Assembly: GCA_050246635.1 (NCBI GenBank)
Contig: JBFWVR010000005.1
Coordinates: 43,095 to 107,094 of the forward strand
DNA from: Vicinamibacterales bacterium
GTDB lineage: Bacteria > Acidobacteriota > Vicinamibacteria > Vicinamibacterales > UBA2999
DNA: 64,000 bases
Reading direction: 5' to 3'
This document shows, piece after piece, positions 10,600 to 22,503 of the stretch; positions within the stretch are counted from its first letter, which is position 1, and every line of letters begins with the position of its first letter. The notes beneath the pieces were generated by a model. The model was not told the DNA's origin and ran no database searches. It worked only from the letters and a program-made list of their open reading frames with translations. The translations under genes and the position numbers were made by a program.

Positions 10600-11151
10600 C
10601 TACCGTGACGCGCGCACGTCGTCGGCCATCTCCTCAGCCAGGTGCGTCACTTCGTCCCACCGCGTCAGCTCGTAGTCGCGGTTCGTGTCCGTCGGCGCGC
10701 CGTGGCGGCCGGCGATGCGCTTCATGAGGAACCGGACCAGCGGGTTGTACTGGGTGTAGGCGAGCCGGCCCGCGAAGCACACGATGTGGCCGGGATGCCA
10801 GCCGGTCGCGTCGGCAAACGCGGCCGCCAGCGCCCGCGCGGACTTGACCTCCACCGGGTCGCTCGACGCCGCGCTGAGGCACACCGAGAAGAACGCCGAG
10901 GGATGCGCGGTGAGCGCGTCGCGGTGGCGGCGGGCGAACGCCGTGGCCTTCCGCTGGTGTTTCCCGATATGGAGCGACGCGCCCAGGAGCGCGCCGCGGA
11001 CGCGCGACCAGTCGAACTGATCGGCCTCAGGCGTGCCGATTTCGAGGGCGACCGCGTCGAGGCCGTGCGCGCGGAGCTCATCGGCCAGGCGCTCCGCAAT
11101 CCGCCGGGTCTGCCCCTCGCTCGTGGCGTAGAAGACGGGCACCTCGCACAT
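10600..11151 (-). CDS. Flavodoxin-domain protein, HemG (protoporphyrinogen IX dehydrogenase)-like
   Basis: FYATSEGQTRRIAE, GASLHIGKH, AFFSVCLSA, FAGRLAYTQY, TDTNRDYELTRWDEV. Confidence 0.85.
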   Translation of the reverse strand: MCEVPVFYATSEGQTRRIAERLADELRAHGLDAVALEIGTPEADQFDWSRVRGALLGASLHIGKHQRKATAFARRHRDALTAHPSAFFSVCLSAASSDPVEVKSARALAAAFADATGWHPGHIVCFAGRLAYTQYNPLVRFLMKRIAGRHGAPTDTNRDYELTRWDEVTHLAEEMADDVRASR

Positions 11152-11396
11152 GGCGAACCTCCCCCGCATTCCATGCAACCTCCGAGCCTCTCCCGCCGGG
11201 GCATTTCCCGCGGGAATTGAGGGGCCCGAGCCGGCGTGTGCGCGGTCGCCGGCACGCGCCTGGCGGGGGCCCGGCAGATCCCCGGCAGGCGGGACGTCGG
11301 ATGCGGCGAACCGGCGTGGGGAGCCGGGCTGCGCGCGTGCGAAGTGGGAGAGGCAGGCGTGGGGTGGGGCCGCCGCCGGGCAGCGGCCCCGCCGCG

Positions 11397-11711
11397 CTAT
11401 TTCGCCGCGGATGCCGTGATCGCCGTGGCGATCATCGACTTGCCTTCGTCGCGGTACCGGACGGAGATGTGCGACCCGACGGTGAGCGCGCCCTGCCGGT
11501 GCGTGCTGCTGTTGAGCACGAACGTCATCTCGGCCGGCGTGCCGCTGGTGGTGAGCACGAGCGCCGTGGCATCCACGGACTTCACGACACCGGTGATCGT
11601 GTGGGTGGCGGCCGCCGCCGCGCTGCGTTTCGGAGCCTGGGCCGCGGCCAGGGGGGCGGCGAGCGTGGCGAGCAGGGCAAACACCGCGGCGACTTTCAGG
11701 ATCTGTGACAT
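11397..11711 (-). CDS. Small secreted OB-fold-like protein (DUF5666-like)
   Basis: Signal peptide; TITGVVKSVD, MTFVLNSST, LTVGSHISVRY pattern; GAGGTG RBS. Confidence 0.65.
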   Translation of the reverse strand: MSQILKVAAVFALLATLAAPLAAAQAPKRSAAAAATHTITGVVKSVDATALVLTTSGTPAEMTFVLNSSTHRQGALTVGSHISVRYRDEGKSMIATAITASAAK

Positions 11712-11814
11712 GGTGACACCTCGGGAATCTGCGCCGGCCGCGGCTTGTCCGCCGCCCGGCACCGTGACTGTCCCCATTCCAGCCGCGCGACCTGAAACGG
11801 ACGTGAACGCCGCA

Positions 11815-13229
11815 TTAAACCGCGTTAACGTCCGGTGACGCCGCCGGCAGGCTCACGGTGAAGACCGACCCGGCCCCCGGCGTGCTCGTCACGCCAATCC
11901 GGCCGTGGTGTTGGCCGACGATCCACCGCGCGAGCGTCAAGCCCAGCCCCGCGCTGTCACCCCGTGGCGGCCGGCTGTCCCCGTGGCGGTAAAAGCGGTT
12001 GAAGACGTGCGGGAGGGCCTCCGCGGTGATGCCGACGCCGGTATCGTGGACCGCCAGCGTGACACGGGCGCCGGCGCGCGTCACCACGACCGTGATGTGG
12101 CCCCCGGGGGGCGTGAACGCGAGGGCGTTGTCGACGAGGATCAGCAGCAACCGCTTGAGCCACTCCGGGTCGCCGGTGACGCCGGCCTCACCCTCGCTGC
12201 GGGTGTCGAGCGTGACCTGTCCGGCCTGCGCCATGACCTGAAGCTGATCGACGATGGATGCGGCCAGGCTCGCGAGGTCCACGCGGGTCACGTGCATCGG
12301 GATCTGGCCGCCTTCCGCGCGCGCGAGCGTCAGGATGCGCGCGATCAGGCGCCTGAGCTTCTCGATCTCCTCCAGCTGGCTGACCAGGCGCGTCCGGATG
12401 TCGCGCCCCGACTCGATGTCCACCAGCGCCTGCTCGATGTCGCCACGCAACGCGGCGAGCGGCGTGCGAAGCTCGTGGGCCAGCGCGGCGCTGAACTGGC
12501 GCATCTCGGCAATGGAGCTCTCGAGCCGCGCCAGCGTGTGATTGAACGCCGTCGCGACCGCGTCCGGTTCGTCTCCCGCGCCGCGCACGGGCAGGCGTCG
12601 CGCCAGGTCACCAACCTCGATCGTCCCGGCCGCCGCCGCCACGTCCGCGAGCGGACGCAGGGCGACTCGCAGCGTGAGGCGACCGATGGCAAGCGCGCCC
12701 AGCACGCCGGCTGGCAATGCCATCAGCAGCAGCACGAGGAAGCGTCCGAGCGTCCGGTCCATCGGCGCGAGCGAGACGCCGACCTGGAGCAGGTAGACGT
12801 GGCCAGGCGACGGCCGCAGCACGCTGTTCGAGAGGCGGATGCGGCCCCGCTCGGTGTAGAAGTCGCGGATGACCGGCGTCCGGACGAACGTCTCGACTTC
12901 CCCGGCCGTGAAGTCCAGGCCCAGCGGGCGGATGGCGTCCGAGCGGGCCAGGCGCTGGCCGGTCGCGCCGTCGAACACCTGGAAGTAGCGGGTGGCCTCC
13001 TGGACGAATGCCGCTTCCGCGCCGTCGCGCGTGTCGTACTCGATGGTGGGCAGGCCCTCGCGGAACCGGAGGTACCCATGCAGGCCGGTCGTCAGGCTCT
13101 GCAGCGTCGCGGTGACGTCGGCATCCAGCTGGTAGGCGAGGACGTGGTAGGTGACCGTGCCGCCCATCGCCAGCACGGCGCCGAACGCCGCGGCGTAGAC
13201 GGCGGTCAGCCGGGCTCGCAACGTGAGTG

Positions 13230-13233
<4 letters not shown>
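11815..13233 (-). CDS. Sensor histidine kinase (HAMP-HisKA-HATPase, CusS/CzcS-like)
   Basis: Two TM segments; AHELRTPLA H-box, LVDNALAFT, HDTGVGI, FNRFYR, GLGLTLA; GTG start overlaps the regulator stop. Confidence 0.9.
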
Positions 13234-13900
<667 letters not shown>

Positions 13901-13904
<4 letters not shown>

Positions 13905-16531
13905 CGTCCTCCGTGGCGCACCACCGCGGCCGGTGCCGTGGGGGCACCCTGCCCGTCCCGGTCGGGACCGCGCGCCGGCAACGGCTGATCGTGGAGGAAG
14001 CGCCGGTAGCCGCCCGCGATGAGGGCGGCGACATCCGCGAGGACCTGCGGCAGCCGCAGGCCGCCGGGGTACGCCAGGTAGTGGGGCTCCCAGGTGGGCC
14101 CGAACTTCTCCTTGAACGCCCGCAGCCCCCGGAAGTTGTAGGCGACGCCGCCGTGCGCATAGAGGAACGCGCCGGCCCGGTTCCACAACGGCGCGACCGG
14201 CGACGGCTCGAAGCCCGACAGCGGCGCCATGCCGAGCGAGAACCTCCGGTAGCCCTGCTCGCGGCCCCAGAGCATGAGGTGCACGAACAGCGCCTCCATC
14301 ACCTCGTTCGGGGCATCGGGCGTGTGCCGCATCAGGTCCACCGAAAGCTCGCCACCCGGGCGCGCCTCCCAGAGGTTCGCGAAGGCCACGATGCGCCCGT
14401 GCTGCTCGATGACGCCCACCGGATAGCGGCAGAGATACGACGGATCGAAGAAGCCCAGTGAGAAGCCCTTCTCCGCGCCACCGCGCGACTGCAGCCACCT
14501 GTCCGAGACGTCCTGCAGGGCCGGCAGGAGGTCGGGGACGGCCGTGGCGGGCAGCACGCGAAACGAGGCGCCCGCACGGTCCATCCGCCGGAGCGCCTGC
14601 CGGTATCGTTTGCCGGCACTGCCGTCGAGCGTGAACGCCTGGAGATCGACCTGCGCGGCCTCGCCCAGCTTGACCAGCGCGAGTCCCATGTCGGCGTACA
14701 CGGGCAGGTAGGCCGTGGACACCTCATAGAAGACCGGCGTGCCGCCGGCGTCGGCGCAGCGCTCGAGGAACAGCCGGACGAGCGGGCGCACGGACGCGGC
14801 CGGGCCGACCGGGTCGCCCATGGCCGCCCAGGTCCCGCCCTCCACGCCGTACATCACGAAGCCGGTGCGCGCCTCGTCGAAGAGCAGCGCCTTGTCGCGC
14901 AGGAAGACGAGCTGCGCCGAGGTCCGGTCCTGCCCCGCGACCACGCGGGCCGCGGCCGCGAGCTCGTCCTCGGTCGGCGCCTGCGGCGTGTAGGCATGGC
15001 GGAACAGCCGCAGGAGCGCGACGAGCAGGAGCACGACGGCGGCGCCGACGAGACCCCGCAGCGCACGGGACGCCTCGCCGTGCAGCTCGAATTGCCACCA
15101 GAGCTCGTCCGAGTATTCGACGTGCTTGAAGGCGAACAGCGTGAGCCAGAGCGCCGCGCCGAGGGCTGCAGCCATGGCGGCGAGCCAGGGCGCCGTGAAC
15201 TGTGCCTCGAAGAGCGCCGCGCGGCGGTCGAACGCCGGGCGCGCCCGCGCCAGCAATGCCAGCACAGTCAGCAGGATCAGCGCTTCCTCATAGTCCGCGC
15301 CCTTCAGCAGGGAGGCGGCAGCCCCAGCCGCCAGCGCCACGGCGGCGAGCAGCCAGGCGGCGTCGAGTCGCCGCGCGAGGCCACGCGACACCACCAGCAG
15401 GCCGGCCCCGATGACGCTGCCGGCGAAGTGCGAGAGCTCGATGAGCTCCAGCGGCAGGAGACGGCTGATCCAGCCGAGGCGGCCGGCAGCCGCCGGCGTC
15501 GCGCCGGAGGCCAGGAGCAGGCTGCCGGCGACGAACGTCAGTACGGCGAGCAGCGGCGGCGCCAGCCGTTCGGTCAGCGCCCCCACGGCTGCGCCGAGGC
15601 GCGTGGCCTGCTCGCGCCGCCGGCGCACCTCGTCCGCCACGAGCACGGCCGTCGCCAGGAGCAGCGGCAGCAGGTAATAGATCGCGCGGTACACGACCAG
15701 GGCCTGCAGCAGCTGGGCCGGAGGCACCTGCGATCCGAGCAGGGCCACGAACGTGCCCTCGAACACGCCGAGTCCGCCCGGGACGTGGCTGGCCAGGCCG
15801 AGCAACTGCGCCGCGAGGAACGCCCCGAGGAATGCCGGAGCCGTGATCTGCGTCTGCGGCACCAGCGCATACAAGACCGTACCCGCGAGCATCCAGTCGG
15901 TCGCCGAGGCGGCCACCTGCGCGACGGCCAGTCGGGGGCGGGGCAGCGGAAGCACCCGCCCCCGGATCCGCAGGCGCCCCTGGCCGATGAGGGCGGCCAG
16001 GACATAGCCGACACTGATCGCGACGAGCGCGCCGCCGGCCGCGCGGGCGGCACCGGGGCCGAGCAGGCGCGCGGCGCCTGGTAGCGGCGCGAGCAGGAGG
16101 CTGAGGCCGGCGACGAGGAGCAGGCCGGACCAGAAGGTCACGACGTAGGCCGCGGCGATCCGCGTGAAGGTCGCGCCGGTCACGCCCCAGCGACGGTAGT
16201 ACCGGTATCGCACCGAGGCGCCCGAGAGCGACGCGAGGCCGACGCTGTTCGCGACCGCGCACGCGAGGAAGGACACCGCGGCGACGCGCCGCCACGGCAG
16301 GCGCACGCCCGCGACCGCGAGCGCCAGGAAGTCGTAGGCGGTGAGGACCGTATAGTTCGCGGCCGTGAGCCCCACGGCGAGCAGCATGTGCCCGGGCGGC
16401 AGGTGGCCGACCGCTGCCGTCAGCTCCGGCCAGGTGACGGCCGCCAGCTGCGTGCGCAGCAGCTCGAGGGCGGCCGCGAACGCGACCAGCGCCCCGGCGA
16501 CCGGGAGCACGGCCCGCAGGCGGCGGTTCAT
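13901..16531 (-). CDS. mprF: Bifunctional aminoacyl-phosphatidylglycerol flippase/synthase MprF
   Basis: Polytopic N-terminal half (SGASVRYRYY, SHVPGGLGVFE); DUF2156 domain (RDKALLF, AMGDPVG, EKGFSLGFF, DLMRH, SLGMAPLSG, YNFRGLRAFKEKF). Confidence 0.95.
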
Positions 16532-17400
16532 GGCGTGGCGGTGGGGTGCTGCTGGATCCAGGCCAGGGCGTCGTCCAGGGCCTGTCCGAGTGCCGTTGCG
16601 GCGTTGCTGAAGCGGTGGTCCGCGGCCTCGACGAGCCACAGCCGCTTCGGGTCCCCGGCCGCGGCCAGCACGCCCTGCACCTCGGCGAGCGGCACGTACT
16701 CGTCGTGTGTCGAGTGAATCGCCGCCAGCGGCAATGGGGCGATGCCCGCCACCACCGACCGGCTGCTGAACCCCGGCTCGTCGGGAGACCGATGGGTCAG
16801 GTACGTGAGCGCGTCGCGCCAGCGCCAGGCCAGCTCGTTCCAGTCGGGCAGCCCGAGGGCGATGATGCCCGCCAGCGCCGCGCGGAGGTCCGCGTCGGTC
16901 GCGGCCAGCACCGAGAGCCCGGCGCCTTCGGAGACGCCAACCAGCAGGACGGGACGGCTGGTCGCACCTCGGGCGTAGGCGACGAGCGTCCGGTAGTCGC
17001 CCGCGACGTCGGCGGGGGCCAGCGTGCGCTGCGCCTGCGTGAAGCTCGAGAGGTAGGCGCGCACGTCGAAGCCGATGACACGGTACCCGCGCGTGGCGAG
17101 GACGGCCGCCACATGCGGTCCGAGGTGGATCCATCCACCGTCGCCGCTCGACACGATCACGGGCGCGCCGCCGGCCTCGCCGTACACGTGCAGGCGCTGT
17201 GGATGTCCGCGGAGTGCGAGCGTCTCGAGGGTCTGCGCCCGGGCCGGCGCTGCGGTCCCGAGCAGCAGCGCGAGCAGGACGACCGGCGTGCAGGGCGATA
17301 GCTTCGTGAGGGAGCGCGGCGACCGACGATGCGCCGCTGAGGCAGGGCCGGGGACAGCCGCTGCGCGGGTCCGGGCAGGACGGTGAGAGGCCACGTGCAT
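16528..17400 (-). CDS. AcvB/VirJ-like periplasmic alpha/beta hydrolase (lysyl-PG hydrolase family)
   Basis: SSGDGGW, LVGVSEGAG nucleophile elbow, ADHRFS; stop overlaps the mprF start; start position uncertain. Confidence 0.75.
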   Translation of the reverse strand: MHVASHRPARTRAAAVPGPASAAHRRSPRSLTKLSPCTPVVLLALLLGTAAPARAQTLETLALRGHPQRLHVYGEAGGAPVIVSSGDGGWIHLGPHVAAVLATRGYRVIGFDVRAYLSSFTQAQRTLAPADVAGDYRTLVAYARGATSRPVLLVGVSEGAGLSVLAATDADLRAALAGIIALGLPDWNELAWRWRDALTYLTHRSPDEPGFSSRSVVAGIAPLPLAAIHSTHDEYVPLAEVQGVLAAAGDPKRLWLVEAADHRFSNAATALGQALDDALAWIQQHPTATP

Positions 17401-17482
17401 GGCGCGCGGCCGTTGCCGGCCCACGCAGGATCTACGATACACCCGTTCGGCCGTGCGTCGCGGCCGGGCCCGGGCGGGTGGC

Positions 17483-18685
17483 TCAGTCCAGGACGTTCGT
17501 GATGCAGTGCGTGTTGCCGCCGACGACGTGGGCGTAGTCGCGAATCGGCACGGGTTGATACCCGGCGGCCGCATAGGTGCGGTAGGCCGCGAGCCCCTTG
17601 CCCTGCAGGTCTTTTTCCCCCAATTGTTCCACGCCCACCGATCCCGCCTTCACCTCCCCGGGAAAGACAGGGAAGATGATGCGTTTCTCGCCGGTCTGCT
17701 GGTCCACGAAGGGCACGGCATTGGTGGACATCTGGTACCGCGCGACGTGCTCCTGCCGGTGGTCGATGACCAGCGTGCGGTACCCGAGCCCTTCGAGTTG
17801 CCGCCGCGTCGCCTCGAGCTGGGTACGCTCACGCGAGCTGCCGTCCACGATCCGGTTGACGACCGCCGTGCCGTCGCCGAGCAGGATGAACGCCTGGTCG
17901 AGGTGAAACAGCCGGGGGCTCTGCTGCTCCTTCCCGACGACCACGACCTCGGCGCCGCCGAAGTCCGACGAGACGATGCGGGTGACGTCGTCCACCGACA
18001 GCGTGCGACCGAGCCGCGCGTAGTTCTCGATCGTGAGCCAGACGTCGTTGTAGCCGATGAACACGCGCAGGCGGTTGCCCACGCGATCGAAGGCGAGGTT
18101 GCCGCCCTCGAAGACGAAGTCGGCCTGCACGATCATGTCGCCGAAGACGTCCCGCGCCACCTCGGCACGCGAGCGTGAGAGCTCGCGGTTGTACTCATCG
18201 CCGCTCTCGACCGCCATCGGGACGAGGAACCGGTCCTGGCCGTCCACGACGATGCGCTCGCCCAGATCCTGCGCCCACATGTCGAGCCCGCCCTTGACGT
18301 CGTCCAGGGTGTGGAGCACCAACGGCCGGTCGCCCGCGACGGCCTTGAGCCGCGCGAGCTCCCCGGCGCCCTGTGCCGCGCTGACGGCGATATCGATGCG
18401 CGTGTACGCCGGGAGCGCCTCGATGAGCTCGCTGTAGGCGTGCTGGATGAAGGTCAGGTAGATCGCGCGCTGCTCAGGCGTCGCCGCCACCCCGAACTCG
18501 TCCGGCACGGAGAGGTAGAGCCGCTTGAGCGCGCGCTCGTACTCCGGCCGCACCGGAAGCGCGAGCGGTTCGAGCGCGCCGGGCAGGTCGCGCGCCGCCG
18601 CGACGAGACGCGCGGCACCTGGGCCGGCGGCGAGGACGAGCGCCAGCAGGGCGCCGACGAATGACGAGGTGGTGGCCTTGCGCAT
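17483..18685 (-). CDS. Secreted pentein-superfamily (agmatine/peptidyl-arginine deiminase-like) protein
   Basis: Signal peptide; MWAQDLG, FEGGNL, FHLDQ and C-terminal GGNTHCIT with the catalytic-type Cys. Confidence 0.75.
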   Translation of the reverse strand: MRKATTSSFVGALLALVLAAGPGAARLVAAARDLPGALEPLALPVRPEYERALKRLYLSVPDEFGVAATPEQRAIYLTFIQHAYSELIEALPAYTRIDIAVSAAQGAGELARLKAVAGDRPLVLHTLDDVKGGLDMWAQDLGERIVVDGQDRFLVPMAVESGDEYNRELSRSRAEVARDVFGDMIVQADFVFEGGNLAFDRVGNRLRVFIGYNDVWLTIENYARLGRTLSVDDVTRIVSSDFGGAEVVVVGKEQQSPRLFHLDQAFILLGDGTAVVNRIVDGSSRERTQLEATRRQLEGLGYRTLVIDHRQEHVARYQMSTNAVPFVDQQTGEKRIIFPVFPGEVKAGSVGVEQLGEKDLQGKGLAAYRTYAAAGYQPVPIRDYAHVVGGNTHCITNVLD

Positions 18686-18737
18686 GAGGTAGTACGGCTG
18701 AGCTCATCGCAGAGCTTATGCCGTTATGGTCGAGATG

Positions 18738-18752
18738 GCAAGGAGCCTGCCA
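18738..18752 (-). promoter_or_regulatory. Putative sigma-54 (-24/-12) promoter for the deiminase-like gene
   Basis: Minus strand TGGCAGGCTCCTTGC, GG-N10-GC spacing, about 50 bp upstream of ATG 18685. Confidence 0.45.
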
Positions 18753-19014
18753 AGAGCAGGACGGGCGGGACGCGCCCGAAAGTCCGGGGTGGACAGCGGC
18801 CGGCCCGCACGGCCGGGGCGGAACGGCCTGGCGTTCAGGCTGCCGGGCGTCACGGTTGCCACAGCTCGGCCATCGGGCTGGGGACCCGGGGTGCACCACC
18901 CGGCCGATGCCGCATGTGGGGAGGCTGCGCCACAGCCACGGAGGGCATCGCCACCGCCGGGGTGCCTGAGGCTGGATCGGCGTGTGCAGTCGTGACCGGC
19001 CAAAGGAGGACCAC

Positions 19015-19530
19015 ATGTTCACGACACGGAAATGGCTTCTTGCCCCTGCGCTGACGCTGCCGCTGAGCCTGGCCGCTTGCGGGGGGGACGCGGCGGTGCC
19101 GCCGAGCGCCCAGGACGACGCGCCGACCGCCGGCGAGACCGCGCTCCAGGACGAGCCACGGACGGTCACCGGATGCCTGCGCGGCGGCGAGGAGGCCGGC
19201 ACCTTCGTCGTCACCGCTGATGCCAATTCGCTCACGTCCCTGACCGCCAGGTCGGCGACGGGTGAGCTGCCGACCTACACCTACGTGCTCGACACCGGGC
19301 AGGACCTGTCGTCGATGGTCGGGCACCAGGTGGCCGTGACCGGCACGGTCGAGGCGTCTGACGACTTCGAGCACACGCGCTCGCGCGAAACCGAGCAGCC
19401 CACCACCGAGGGCGAGACGGTCACGCCGACGGTCGAGACGGAGCGCGACTTCGACCTGGAGCTGCGCCGGTTAGCGGTCGAGGACATCCGCTCCGTGGAT
19501 GACACGTGCGACACGGGCACGAACCGTTAG
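19015..19530 (+). CDS. Acidic lipoprotein of unknown function
   Basis: AAGGAGG RBS; lipobox LAAC; TVTGCL...GHQVAVTGTV OB-like pattern; terminal Cys. Confidence 0.75.
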   Translation: MFTTRKWLLAPALTLPLSLAACGGDAAVPPSAQDDAPTAGETALQDEPRTVTGCLRGGEEAGTFVVTADANSLTSLTARSATGELPTYTYVLDTGQDLSSMVGHQVAVTGTVEASDDFEHTRSRETEQPTTEGETVTPTVETERDFDLELRRLAVEDIRSVDDTCDTGTNR

Positions 19531-19782
19531 TGGCCTCCCGCCCCGCGACACCCGGGCCGGCGTCTCCGCGCCGGCCCGCGCGGTCGGCAACTGGGCGCCG
19601 AGGCGACCGAACGGGAACGAGGCGCCACGCCGTGGCGCGCCGGCAGGAGTTGGGCGGCATCCGGGTGTCCATCGTATCCCCGGGGGGAGTTCGCCGTGAT
19701 CAGGCCGGTCCGCGCCACTGGAGACGCGGCGAACGGGTTGTCACGCGCAACAACGAGCGGCCTCTCCGGGAAAGCCGGTCGG

Positions 19783-20811
19783 TTACCTTGCCAACAAACG
19801 CGCGACCGGCCGCAGCGTCGGGACGTGATCGCAGACCGCCTTCACGATCGAGAGCATGGGCACGGCGAGGATGGTGCCCCAGGCGCCCCAGATCCACGTC
19901 CACACGAGCAGCCCCAGGAAGACCACCACCATGTGCATGCGTTCGGTCTTGCCGAGCAGCGGTGGCAGCAGCAGCCAGCCCTCCGCCGACGTGACGGCCA
20001 GCGCGGCTGCCGACACCTGGATCGCCGGCCAGATGTCCCCGAACTGCGTCAGCCCGACGACGAACAGGCCGCCCGAGACAATCACCGGTCCGAAGTACGG
20101 GATCGAGTTGAAGAGCCCGGCCGCGAGCCCCCAGACGGCCGCCTGCTGCAGCCCGAGCGCCTGGAGCGCCGCCCACGTCGCCGCCGCCACCACTACGGCC
20201 GTGCCCGCGCGGACAAGGAGGAACCGCTGCACCTGCGTGTTGATGTCGTCGAGCACGCCGATCGTGGCCTGGCGTCGTTCACGATCACGGCCCGCCAGCT
20301 CGAGGAAACGTTCCTTGAAGTGCGAGCCCGAGAGCAGCAGGAAATAGGTCAGGAACACGACGACGGTCACGGAGCCCGCCGCGGCCATCAGCCAGCTCGC
20401 GCCCTGCTGCAGCAGCGCCGGAGACGGGGAGCGCGCGGCCTGTTCCGCCTGCCGCGCCGCGCCGGGACCAAGCCCGATCCAGTCGGCGGCCTCACGCGTG
20501 GCGTCCGGGATGGCCGACGCGGCTCGCGAGATGTCGTCACGAAGCGCGTAGCCGCCCCACATCGCCAGGCCGAGCAGCAGGCTCAGCACGAGCGCCGCCC
20601 CGGCGAAGCGGGGCAGGCGGTGGCAGGCCAGCCATTCCACCACGGGCTCGAGCGCGTAGCTCAGGAGCACCGAGACGACGATGGGGATGAGCAGGGAGCT
20701 GGCCGTCCGGAGGAACAGCACCGCCGCCAGCACCGCGAGGATCCACAACGCCATCCGGCCACTCGACGGCGACGACGGGCGCGACGCGGGTGCGGTGTCG
20801 GCTCCCGCCAT
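19783..20811 (-). CDS. AI-2E family transporter
   Basis: LSYALEPVVEWL, FNSIPYFGP, EGWLLLPPLLG, WGAWGTILAVP. Confidence 0.9.
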   Translation of the reverse strand: MAGADTAPASRPSSPSSGRMALWILAVLAAVLFLRTASSLLIPIVVSVLLSYALEPVVEWLACHRLPRFAGAALVLSLLLGLAMWGGYALRDDISRAASAIPDATREAADWIGLGPGAARQAEQAARSPSPALLQQGASWLMAAAGSVTVVVFLTYFLLLSGSHFKERFLELAGRDRERRQATIGVLDDINTQVQRFLLVRAGTAVVVAAATWAALQALGLQQAAVWGLAAGLFNSIPYFGPVIVSGGLFVVGLTQFGDIWPAIQVSAAALAVTSAEGWLLLPPLLGKTERMHMVVVFLGLLVWTWIWGAWGTILAVPMLSIVKAVCDHVPTLRPVARLLAR

Positions 20812-21974
20812 TACGACCCCTGACGCGGCCCCTTGGCGTGCACGACCCTGGGCTTCTTGACGCCAGGTCGTGTGATCCGCTGCCGGCCACTGGGCCGCTT
20901 CTTCTCGCGGTGCTTCGGCAGGCGCACGGCCCGCCGGGTGCGAGCGGAGCGGTAGAGCGCCTCGATGATGCGGACGTCCTGCGTGCCGTCCTCACCGGAC
21001 GGTTCAGGCTGCGTGCCGTGCAGGATGCAGTCGGAGAAGTACAGGAGCTCCGGCGCGAACTGGTCACGCTTGCCAATCCGCTTGCGCGTCGTCCGTCCCT
21101 CGGCGGTGAGCTCGTACGCCAGCTCGCCGGAGTACCCGTATGCCGGCTCGACCGCCACCTGTCCCTTCGTGCCGACCATGCGGTAGGCGGAGACGTGCTG
21201 CGCGTCGAAGCTGGTGACGAATGCCGCGACCCGGTCATCCCCGAAGCGCAGCAGCGCCCCGGTCGTCGCGTCGATCTCCTTCAGGCGTGGCCGGCCGGTA
21301 TTCGCCGAGAGCGCCATCACCTCGGTCGGTTCGTCGCGGAAGAGGTAGCGGGCGGCGTTGATGCAGTAGGTGCCGATGTCGAACAGCGTGCCTCCCCCGA
21401 GCTCCTTGTCGGTCCGGATGTCGCCGGGGCGCACCATCTGGGAGAAGGACGAGTTGAAGTAACGCGGCTCGCCGACGCGGCCCTGCCGGATCAGGTCCAT
21501 CACCTCCGTGTTGAGGGCCTCGAAGTGCAGGCGATAGGCGACCATCAGCTGGACCCGGTGCGTGTGGCAGGCCCGCACCATGCGTTCGCACGCCTTCGCG
21601 GTGTCGGCCAGCGGCTTCTCGCAGAGCACGTGCACGCCCGCCCGGGCCGCCCGGACCGTGTACTCCTCGTGCATGGAGTTCGGCAGCGCGATGTAGACGG
21701 CGTCCACTTCTGCGAGGCATTCGTCATACTCCTCGTAGCTGAACGTCCGCGTCAGGCCGTATCGCTTCGCGGCCGCCCGCCGCTTTGCCGGGTCGTCGCT
21801 GACGACGGCGACGAGCCGGGAGTTGCGGCGGGCGTGCTTGAACGCAGGGAGCACGGCCACCTGCGCGATATGGCCAAGGCCGACGACGGCGTAGCGGATC
21901 ACGCCGTCCGCTCGGCGGCGGGCGGACCGGCGGCGCGTGCGTGTAGCGGCGGATCGGCTCGAGGTCGTGGGCAC
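20811..21974 (-). CDS. Gfo/Idh/MocA family oxidoreductase (glucose-fructose oxidoreductase-like)
   Basis: IRYAVVGLGHIAQ, VYIALPNSMH, HVLCEKP, GGGTLFDIGTYCINAAR; GTG start after AGGAGG. Confidence 0.92.
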   Translation of the reverse strand: MPTTSSRSAATRTRRRSARRRADGVIRYAVVGLGHIAQVAVLPAFKHARRNSRLVAVVSDDPAKRRAAAKRYGLTRTFSYEEYDECLAEVDAVYIALPNSMHEEYTVRAARAGVHVLCEKPLADTAKACERMVRACHTHRVQLMVAYRLHFEALNTEVMDLIRQGRVGEPRYFNSSFSQMVRPGDIRTDKELGGGTLFDIGTYCINAARYLFRDEPTEVMALSANTGRPRLKEIDATTGALLRFGDDRVAAFVTSFDAQHVSAYRMVGTKGQVAVEPAYGYSGELAYELTAEGRTTRKRIGKRDQFAPELLYFSDCILHGTQPEPSGEDGTQDVRIIEALYRSARTRRAVRLPKHREKKRPSGRQRITRPGVKKPRVVHAKGPRQGS

Positions 21975-22055
21975 GGGCGTTCCTCCTGAGGTGCGACGGG
22001 GCCGCTGACTGCCGAGGCACAGGCGGGCCCGCCGTCGGCGCGTGCCGACACGCGG

Positions 22056-22071
22056 TGCAAGCGCACTGCCA
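22056..22071 (-). promoter_or_regulatory. Putative sigma-54 promoter for the Gfo/AI-2E operon
   Basis: Minus strand TGGCAGTGCGCTTGCA, close to TGGCAC-N5-TTGCW, about 80 bp upstream of the start. Confidence 0.6.
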
Positions 22072-22503
22072 GTCGATGGCGACGTCTGTGCGACCGGGAA
22101 ATGTCGGCCATCTCTGCCGAGACCGCCGCGGTGCTGCATCTGGGGAGTCGTCGGTCACATTGCGGACGGTCGTCGCGCACGGCGCGCTGCTGGCCCAGGT
22201 GCGCGGACGCACTCGAGAGCACTCGAGGAACAAGCCGTCGAACAAGTGTGTGAAATCGGAGCGACGATGGGATGCGCCGATCCACACGTGTGCCCCTCCG
22301 TGCTATAACCAACAAAGGCACGCGCGGCACCGACCCCGTGCAAGCCTCTGCGGCATCCCCCGCCGCAGCACGCCGCCTCCCCCCGGCGGCACGGACAGAC
22401 CGCGGGCCAGTCATCGATCCCGTGGCTGTCTCTGGCCGTTCGTTCGCGAACGCCCCTGTGACCGTCAGCCCGCCGGAGCATCCGGCTCGAGGAGCACTCC
22501 ACC

